Below, piece by piece: positions 57,242 through 64,000 of a DNA stretch of 64,000 bases (positions are counted from its first letter, which is position 1; each line of letters begins with the position of its first letter). Both the position numbers and the translations under genes were made by a program. Source of the DNA: Candidatus Moraniibacteriota bacterium (GTDB lineage Bacteria; Patescibacteriota; Minisyncoccia; Moranbacterales; DUUL01); NCBI GenBank assembly GCA_041583775.1, contig JBFHFF010000005.1:43988-107987 (forward strand), in the 5' to 3' direction. The notes beneath the pieces were generated by a model. That model searched no databases, had not been told where the DNA came from, and was given only the letters and a program-made list of their open reading frames with translations.

Positions 57242-58519
57242 ATGTCTCAAAAGAATAAAAACAAAAACCTAAGAACTTTTTCAATAACTATGACCTCACT
57301 GTTTGTGATGTGGGGTCTAGTTTTTTCTATTCCACTCTTTTATACAAACCTTGTTTTTGCTGATGATGCTGAAACTGAAGAAGATCTTGAAAAAGAAAAA
57401 GCTGCTAACAAGATTGAGAATAAGGTTGATGATCTGGAAAGTGATTTGAAAAAAGTTGAAAAAGAAAAGGCTGAAAAAGAGCAAAGAAGGTTGTTAATTT
57501 CAAATGAAATCGGCGCAATTAAGCAAAACATCTCATTATTAGAAAATGAGATTGAAGAAACTGAGAATGAAATCAAAAGAATAGAAACTGGAATTATTGC
57601 AGCCCTTGATGATATTGACGCAAAAAAGAAGTTGACAGGAGAAGTTTTAAGACAAATTAACCGAGCGAATAGAAACCTGCAACTTATTGCATATGAAAAT
57701 GAAGACGGCTTGAATAAATATTTCACAACTGTGGATAATTTTGAGAATATGGAGGGGAGGTTGTCGAAATTGATAGTTGAAATTAAGCAGGAAAAAGAAA
57801 ATTTGGAAGAGCAAAGAAAGGCACAAAAAGAGACAATGGCTGTGCACGATGATCAAAAAGAAACGCTGGAGTATCAAAAAAATAAACAAGGTTGGGTGCT
57901 AAGTCAAACACAACAAGAAATTAATAGTGATTTGGCTGAAATTAATCAGATACAAGAAAAAATTTCTAAAATGAAATCAGAAATTTCAAAATTGCTTGGA
58001 AATGGATATGATGCAAGTGACATTAAAGAGGCAGTTAAATTTGCAAGTAAAAAGACGGGTGTAAGGAGAGATTTTCTGATGGGAATGCTAGTTGTCGAGT
58101 CAGATCTTGGTCGTTTTACGGGGGGGTGTGATTATAAAGAGAGTCGTATGAGCGAATACAGAAAAACAATTTTCAAACAAATCTGTAAAGAGGTTGATAG
58201 AGATTATAAGAAAATGAAGGTTTCCTGTCCTCCGTCTGGATATGTCGGAACTGGTGGTGCGATGGGTGTTGAACAATTTATGTCTGATACTTGGATGGGG
58301 TATAAAGATGCAATTTCCGCAAAGACGGGAAACTACCCTCCAGACCCTTGGAGCTTAACGGATGGTGTAATGGCAATGGCTTTAAAGTTGGCCAAAGATG
58401 GTGCAACTAATAAATCAGGAGAGTGTGCTGCTTCTAAAAGATATTTAGGAGGAAGTCATGATTGGTATTGTCAGAAAGTTCAGTATTGGGCTGATAATTA
58501 TGAGCAGATTTTGGACTGA
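57242..58519 (+). CDS. Secreted coiled-coil plus lytic transglycosylase (SLT-like) protein
   Basis: Signal/TM segment, long coiled coil, GMLVVESDLG, GGAMGVEQFM and PDPWSLTDG motifs. Confidence 0.85.
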   Translation: MSQKNKNKNLRTFSITMTSLFVMWGLVFSIPLFYTNLVFADDAETEEDLEKEKAANKIENKVDDLESDLKKVEKEKAEKEQRRLLISNEIGAIKQNISLLENEIEETENEIKRIETGIIAALDDIDAKKKLTGEVLRQINRANRNLQLIAYENEDGLNKYFTTVDNFENMEGRLSKLIVEIKQEKENLEEQRKAQKETMAVHDDQKETLEYQKNKQGWVLSQTQQEINSDLAEINQIQEKISKMKSEISKLLGNGYDASDIKEAVKFASKKTGVRRDFLMGMLVVESDLGRFTGGCDYKESRMSEYRKTIFKQICKEVDRDYKKMKVSCPPSGYVGTGGAMGVEQFMSDTWMGYKDAISAKTGNYPPDPWSLTDGVMAMALKLAKDGATNKSGECAASKRYLGGSHDWYCQKVQYWADNYEQILD

Positions 58520-58542
58520 TAATAGGCGAGAATTTTGATAGT

Positions 58543-58570
58543 AAAAAAACGAGCTTTCGCTCGTTTTTTT
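58543..58570 (+). terminator. Intrinsic terminator
   Basis: AAAAAAACGAGC-tttc-GCTCGTTTTTTT. Confidence 0.8.
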
Positions 58571-58786
58571 GTTTATGGAATAAACATAGCTTTGGTTTAT
58601 CGGGAAAAGATGTTTCATTTTTTATTTTATTCCAATTAAATTGTTTAATTAAGACAAGAGTAGTCTCTTTAAAAAACTTGAAGAATTGAAAGGTGTAAAT
58701 TTGACACTGTAATGTTAATAAGGATTTTTTTGATATCTAAATAGACTCTTATTAACTATATTATTTGTCAAAAATGGGGAAAAATG

Positions 58787-58844
58787 TTGACGCGTAAATC
58801 AAAGTGGTGTAATATGTAAGTGAAGTGGAGTAAAGTGGGGGAAG
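58787..58844 (+). promoter_or_regulatory. dcw promoter with MraZ-box direct repeats
   Basis: TTGACG-17 bp-TAATAT overlapped by AAAGTGGTG, GAAGTGGAG and AAAGTGGGG repeats upstream of mraZ. Confidence 0.75.
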
Positions 58845-58926
58845 CACAAATCAAATTTCTGTGGGGATTAAGGATTGGAATTCCAATCCTCCCCAAAGAA
58901 ATAATAAAAATTCATCCATTTGTCAG

Positions 58927-59361
58927 ATGTTTATAGGTGAATATCAACACACTATCGACCCGAAAAAGAGGATTGCAATTCCATCTAAATTTAGGTTGCA
59001 TTTTGCAGATGGTGTGGTTGTGACAAGAGGTTTGGATAAATGTCTTTTTGTTTATTCAAAAGAGGAATGGAATAAAATTGCTACTAAATTGGGAGAAATG
59101 CCTGTTGGTGAGAAAGCGACAAGAAGTTTTGTAAGATTAATGTTGGCTGGTGCAGTTGATTCTAACCTTGATTCTCAAGGGAGAATATTGGTTCCTGAAT
59201 ATCTAAAAGAATATGCAAACCTAAATAAGCAAGTCGTTGTGGCAGGTTTATTTAATCGTTTAGAGATTTGGGATGAGACAGAATGGGATAAATACAAAAA
59301 ATCTGCTGAGGAAAATCAGGATGAAATAGCTGAACAATTGGGTAAATTAGGAATGTACTAA
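58927..59361 (+). CDS. mraZ: Transcriptional regulator MraZ
   Basis: MFIGEYQHTIDPKKR, TRGLDKCL, DSQGRILVP and RLEIW motifs. Confidence 0.96.
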   Translation: MFIGEYQHTIDPKKRIAIPSKFRLHFADGVVVTRGLDKCLFVYSKEEWNKIATKLGEMPVGEKATRSFVRLMLAGAVDSNLDSQGRILVPEYLKEYANLNKQVVVAGLFNRLEIWDETEWDKYKKSAEENQDEIAEQLGKLGMY

Positions 59362-59365
59362 CGAT

Positions 59366-60322
59366 ATGCACAAAACAGTTTTATTGGAAGAATCAGTTGA
59401 GCAATTGAATTTGGAAAATGGTGATGTAGTGATTGATGCAACACTTGGAATGGGAGGACATACAATTAAACTTGCTCAAGCAGTTGGTGAAAAAGGGAGA
59501 GTGATAGCGATTGATATGGATGCCGTTGCAATTAAGGAGGCGAAAGAAAGAATTAAAAAAGAAGACAAGGATCTTTTAAAAAGAATAATTTTTGTAAAAG
59601 ATAATTTTAAAAACATTGACAAAATAGTTGCTGGACAGGGGACTCCAACAATTAAAATAAAAGGTGTTTTAGCTGATCTTGGTTGGAGAATCGAGCAAAT
59701 CAGTGATCCAACATATGGGATGAGTTTTAATGTCAATGCAAGATTGAATATGCATTTGGGGAGGAAAGAAGAAGGAGAAGAAGATGCATTTGATATTATA
59801 AATTCTTGGTCAGTTGAGGATTTGGAAAGATTGTTTCGTGAGCTTGGGGAAGAGAGATTTTCTAGAAGAATTGCCACTGCTATCGGAGAATATAGAGAGG
59901 ATAAGCAAATAGAAACAACATTGGAGTTGGCGGAAATCGTTGAAGCAGCAGCGGGTTTTTCTAATAAAAAATTTGGAAGTAAAATTCATCCTGCAACGAA
60001 AGTTTTTCAAGCACTAAGAATACAAGTAAATGGCGAACTGAATAATTTGAATATTTTTTTACGAAAATCTTTTGATGTTTTGCAAAAAAAAGGAAGAATA
60101 GCAATAATTTCATTTCATTCAATCGAGGATAGAATAATTAAAAACTCCTTTAAGGACTATGCAAAAGGATGTATCTGCCCAAAGGAGTTTCCAATATGTC
60201 AGTGTGGAAAGAAACCAAAAGCAAAATTAATAACAAGAAAACCAATTATTTCAAATAAAAAAGAACTTTCAGAAAATCGTAGAGCGAGGAGTGCTAAGTT
60301 AAGGGTTATCGAGAAAATTTAG
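59366..60322 (+). CDS. rsmH: 16S rRNA C1402 N4-methyltransferase
   Basis: HKTVLLEE, DATLGMGGH, HPATKVFQALRI, ISFHSIEDR and RARSAKLR motifs. Confidence 0.96.
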   Translation: MHKTVLLEESVEQLNLENGDVVIDATLGMGGHTIKLAQAVGEKGRVIAIDMDAVAIKEAKERIKKEDKDLLKRIIFVKDNFKNIDKIVAGQGTPTIKIKGVLADLGWRIEQISDPTYGMSFNVNARLNMHLGRKEEGEEDAFDIINSWSVEDLERLFRELGEERFSRRIATAIGEYREDKQIETTLELAEIVEAAAGFSNKKFGSKIHPATKVFQALRIQVNGELNNLNIFLRKSFDVLQKKGRIAIISFHSIEDRIIKNSFKDYAKGCICPKEFPICQCGKKPKAKLITRKPIISNKKELSENRRARSAKLRVIEKI

Positions 60323-60367
60323 AAATAAAAATAGATAAAAATTAAAAGCATTGGGGGCAATGTCATT

Positions 60368-60733
60368 GTGGTAGCATATTCAGTTGCGACAAAAAATAAG
60401 AACATCAATGGATGTGAAAAAGCTCAGAAAAAATCTGAATCTGATTTTACTGTGTCTTTTTCTTTGATTGTAAACATTTTAATAGCCACAACTGTTGTTT
60501 TAGGGTTGTTATATGTTCTACAAGTCAATAAACTCGCTACTATGGGATATGAAATAAAGGAGAAAGAGAATATGATCAGCGTTTTATATAAAGATAATGA
60601 GGCTCTCAAGATTCATGCTGCTGAATTAAAATCAATGCATCAACTTGAACTTGAAAAGGAGGCGATGAATTTGAAAAAGCCTGGAGAGATTGATTATTTG
60701 GAGATTGATGATTCGGTAGCAATGGGGAGGTAG
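60368..60733 (+). CDS. ftsL: FtsL-like cell division protein
   Basis: Single TM plus coiled coil, located between rsmH and the PBP gene. Confidence 0.65.
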   Translation: MVAYSVATKNKNINGCEKAQKKSESDFTVSFSLIVNILIATTVVLGLLYVLQVNKLATMGYEIKEKENMISVLYKDNEALKIHAAELKSMHQLELEKEAMNLKKPGEIDYLEIDDSVAMGR

Positions 60734-60741
60734 TAAAAACT

Positions 60742-62625
60742 ATGCTCAAAAAAGGCAAAAAAAGACAGCAGAAAATAGCAGCGAATGCTATAAGGGATAC
60801 TTTACCTAAAGCCAGAATATATATGGTTATTTTTGTTATTTTGATTTTTGCTATAATTATAATTTTGCAATTATTTAAATTACAAGTTAGGGATAATATT
60901 AAATATTCAGATTTAGCTAAAAAGCAACATAAAGGAAGTCAGCGCATATTACCAACTAGGGGTGAGATTTTTTTGCGTCAAAAAGAAGAAAAATTTTCAG
61001 TAGCGGTTAATCAAGAATTGAAAACTATTTTTGCAATCCCCAAAGAAATAAAAGACCCTGGCATAATTGCTACAAAAATTTCTCCAATCCTAGGGCTTGA
61101 TGAGGGTGAAGTTTTGAGGAAGTTATCAAAAAAGGATGATTTATATGAAGTTTTAGAGCGAAGGATTACGAATGAGTTGTTTCTGAAAATCGAAGAGATG
61201 AAATTGGAGGGAATTTATGGAGAAAGTGAATATTGGAGATATTACCCCGGGAATTCGCTTGCTGCTCATGTGGTTGGTTTTGTGGGGTATAAGGATGATA
61301 AATTGTCAGGAAGATATGGAATCGAAAATAGGTTAGAAAAAATATTAAGTGGGCAAGAGGGAAGGATGGAGCAGGAAAAGGATGTTTTTGGGAGATGGAT
61401 TTCAATAGGTACAAAATCAATTATACCAGAGAGAAATGGGAAAGATGTTGTTTTGACGCTGGAAAGTGTTTTACAATTTAAAGCAGAGACTGCAATTGAG
61501 AACACTGTTAAAAGACACGATGCCGACAGTGGAAAAGTGATTATAACGAATCCAAAAACAGGAGAAATTTTGGCTATGGCAGCTTATCCAACATTTAATC
61601 CAAATGAATATTCAAAGGTTGAAGATATAAGTATTTTTAAAAATCCTTTAATTTCAAGTGAATATGAGTGTGGATCAGTTTTTAAGTCCATTACGATGTC
61701 CATCGGTTTGGATACTGATAAAATAAAACCAGAAACAACTTATATTGACACGGGAAATGTTCTCGAGGCCGGATTTAAGATTCAAAATTCTGACGGAAAG
61801 GCTTATCAACAACAAACGATGACTCAAATAATTGAAAAATCTTTAAATACGGGAGTTATTTTTGTAGAAAAAAAAGTGGGAAATCAAGAGTTTTTGAGGT
61901 ATGTTGAGGATTTTGGTTTTGGAGAAGTAACGGGGTTGAATCTTCCTGGCGAAGCTGATGGTAATATTTCTAATCTAAAAACAGATAGAGATATTGAATA
62001 TTTTACAGCTTCTTTCGGTCAGGGGATTAGTGTGACGCCTTTGCAACTTGTGATGGCATACGGGGCGATGGCAAATGGAGGTAAGTTAATGAAACCACAA
62101 ATTGTAAGTGGTATTATTGATGAAAGTGGGGTGGAGGAAAAGATTGAGGCTGAGGAAGTTAGGACAGTTATTTCCAAGGAGACATCTAAAGAAATTTCTT
62201 TAATGATGGAAAGTAATGTCATTAACGGACATGGTAAATTGGCAGCAGTACCAGGGTATCGTATTGCTGGAAAAACAGGAACAGCGCAAATTCCAGACAA
62301 AGAAAATGGGGGATACCTGGAAAATGCTACAACAGGAACATTCGCTGGATATGGACCAGTTGAAGATCCAATCTTTGCAATGGTTACAATAATAGATTAT
62401 CCTAAAGATGTAGAGTGGGCAGAAAGTACCGCAGCACCAATTTTTGGTGAGTTGTCAAAGACGATTCTTGATTATTATGGAATTGAGCCAACTGAGGAAT
62501 ATAGTTCAAAAGATTTGGAAAAATTTGCAGAAACTCACAACTATCTCTTGACCGAAAAAGAAAAAATTGATGCAGAAAAAGAAAAGGTAGAGAAGGAGGA
62601 AAATAAAAAAGATCTTGATAATTGA
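60742..62625 (+). CDS. ftsI: Class B penicillin-binding protein (FtsI-like)
   Basis: RGEI, RYYP, GSVFK (SxxK), SLN and KTGTAQ motifs; position in the dcw cluster. Confidence 0.88.
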   Translation: MLKKGKKRQQKIAANAIRDTLPKARIYMVIFVILIFAIIIILQLFKLQVRDNIKYSDLAKKQHKGSQRILPTRGEIFLRQKEEKFSVAVNQELKTIFAIPKEIKDPGIIATKISPILGLDEGEVLRKLSKKDDLYEVLERRITNELFLKIEEMKLEGIYGESEYWRYYPGNSLAAHVVGFVGYKDDKLSGRYGIENRLEKILSGQEGRMEQEKDVFGRWISIGTKSIIPERNGKDVVLTLESVLQFKAETAIENTVKRHDADSGKVIITNPKTGEILAMAAYPTFNPNEYSKVEDISIFKNPLISSEYECGSVFKSITMSIGLDTDKIKPETTYIDTGNVLEAGFKIQNSDGKAYQQQTMTQIIEKSLNTGVIFVEKKVGNQEFLRYVEDFGFGEVTGLNLPGEADGNISNLKTDRDIEYFTASFGQGISVTPLQLVMAYGAMANGGKLMKPQIVSGIIDESGVEEKIEAEEVRTVISKETSKEISLMMESNVINGHGKLAAVPGYRIAGKTGTAQIPDKENGGYLENATTGTFAGYGPVEDPIFAMVTIIDYPKDVEWAESTAAPIFGELSKTILDYYGIEPTEEYSSKDLEKFAETHNYLLTEKEKIDAEKEKVEKEENKKDLDN

Positions 62626-62639
62626 TAAATTTTAAAAAT

Positions 62640-63965
62640 ATGGAAAAGTCAAAGAAAGCTAAATTTTTAGAAATCACATTGCGTTTTATGGCAGTCAGGG
62701 TTCTAAAAAGACATAAGCCTAAAATAGTCGCGATTACTGGGAGCGTTGGAAAGACGACAACAAAAGATATGACTTGGAAATTGTTAGAAAAACATTTTAA
62801 TGTTAGAAGAAACATCAAGAACTATAATAATGAGATTGGGGTTCCACTGACTATTATTGGAGCTGAATCTGGAGAAAAATCTTTTTTGAAATGGCTGTTA
62901 GTTCTTTTGAAGTGGATTGGTGCAATGCTAACAAGAGAATATCCCAAGGTTCTTATTTTAGAAATGGGAGCTGACAAACCCGGTGATATAAAATATTTAA
63001 CAAGCTTTGTTCCCGTTGATGTTGGTGTTATAACAAATATAGGAATTTCTCATCTTGAAAATTTTAAAACCAAAAAAGGTGTGGCGATTGAAAAAGGCCA
63101 CCTCGCTAAAAGTGTCCCCGTAAATGGATTAGTTGTGCTAAATAGTGATGATGATGAATGTCAAAAAATAGCTCCTAGTTTGAAAACTAATGTTATAAAG
63201 TGCGGTTTTAATGAGGGGGCGATGATGTTGGGAAGTGATGTTGTCTATGGTTATCGTCTAATTGAGACCAGGAGTGGGAAGAAAATAAAGTTATTAAAAG
63301 GAATATTGTTTAAGTTGAGTTATCAAGGAAAGATTATTCCAATTAAACTAAAGCATGCACTTGGATATCCACAAATTTATGCAGCAATGAGTGCTTTTGC
63401 TGTAGGTGAGTATTTTAAATTGAATAAATTTGAAGCTGCAGAAGCTTTGCAAGATTTTGTTCCGCCACCAGGAAGGATGGTCTTGATGTCTGGAATTAAA
63501 AACTCAGCTATTATCGATGATACTTATAACAGCGCCCCCGAGAGTGTAAATGCTTGCTTGGCCACACTTGAAAAGATAGAGGCTGAAAGAAAAATTGTAG
63601 TTCTCGGTGATATGCTTGAGCTTGGAAATGAAGAGGAAAGTGCGCATCGAGAAATTGGAAGGAAAATTGCTGAAATAGCACCAGACTTTTTCGTTGCTGT
63701 GGGGAGTAGAATGAGATATGCAGCAGAAGAATATCGTAAAAATACTAAAAACAAAGATTCGATTGGTTGTTTTGATTCACCTATTGAGGCTATGATTTTT
63801 ATTCAACACACTTTAAAAGAAGGGGATGTTGTTTTGGTAAAAGGTTCACAGGGGATGAGGATGGAAAAGATAGTGGAGGAAATTATGAGATATCCAGATA
63901 AAAAAGAGGAACTGTTGGTTAGGCAAGATGAAACTTGGCAAAGAAAAGAGTTCATAAAACCATAA
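62640..63965 (+). CDS. murF: UDP-MurNAc-tripeptide:D-Ala-D-Ala ligase
   Basis: TGSVGKTTTK, NNEIGVPLT, LEMG, DDTYNSAPES, LGDMLELG and KGSQ motifs. Confidence 0.93.
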   Translation: MEKSKKAKFLEITLRFMAVRVLKRHKPKIVAITGSVGKTTTKDMTWKLLEKHFNVRRNIKNYNNEIGVPLTIIGAESGEKSFLKWLLVLLKWIGAMLTREYPKVLILEMGADKPGDIKYLTSFVPVDVGVITNIGISHLENFKTKKGVAIEKGHLAKSVPVNGLVVLNSDDDECQKIAPSLKTNVIKCGFNEGAMMLGSDVVYGYRLIETRSGKKIKLLKGILFKLSYQGKIIPIKLKHALGYPQIYAAMSAFAVGEYFKLNKFEAAEALQDFVPPPGRMVLMSGIKNSAIIDDTYNSAPESVNACLATLEKIEAERKIVVLGDMLELGNEEESAHREIGRKIAEIAPDFFVAVGSRMRYAAEEYRKNTKNKDSIGCFDSPIEAMIFIQHTLKEGDVVLVKGSQGMRMEKIVEEIMRYPDKKEELLVRQDETWQRKEFIKP

Positions 63966-64000
63966 ATAGAAAAAGGAATCTTTGTTATAAAGTAAAAAAC

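Noticed and set aside
487-63754. Many short antisense or overlapping ORFs in the six-frame track (e.g. 4418-4864, 17801-18217, 31758-32279, 44833-45270)
   Set aside because: They are shadows of well-supported genes on the other strand or frame, with no motifs or RBS.
1-64000. Alternative genetic code (TGA=Gly, or TAG recoding)
   Set aside because: Core genes are full length in code 11 and end at TGA, TAG or TAA; only one in-frame TAG was found, in an accessory gene.

Overview
AT-rich bacterial chromosome segment using genetic code 11, with most genes on the + strand. Gene content and order suggest a CPR/Patescibacteria (Parcubacteria-like) genome, which is an inference. Core genes include rnhB, rpmF, nusB, rnc, a short smc, scpA/scpB, secF, pgk, gap, typA, aspS, gyrB, ispG/ispH, rplY, peptidoglycan and division genes (mraY, murD, mltG, rodA, mraZ-rsmH-ftsL-ftsI-murF) and two tRNAs (Leu-CAA, Gln-CTG). 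The main discovery is a ~7.4 kb island (about 33.7-41.1 kb) between an MFS gene and scpA that is built like an integron. A 277-aa tyrosine recombinase points away from a tandem array of minus-strand single-gene cassettes (DUF218-like, NIF3-like, GT-A-like, an 88-aa orphan, ORF-less units, and a distal type II R-M pair), separated by AAC...GTT attC-like fold-back sites. Two features are non-canonical: the recombinase lacks the IntI-specific insertion, and each of the four single-ORF cassettes is bracketed by its own long inverted repeat. Also seen: a 171-bp direct repeat of the MFS 3' end around a frameshifted cation/H+ antiporter, several accessory genes broken by a single frameshift or stop, and an SMC with no recognisable hinge. 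All calls come from reading the sequence; no database searches were run.
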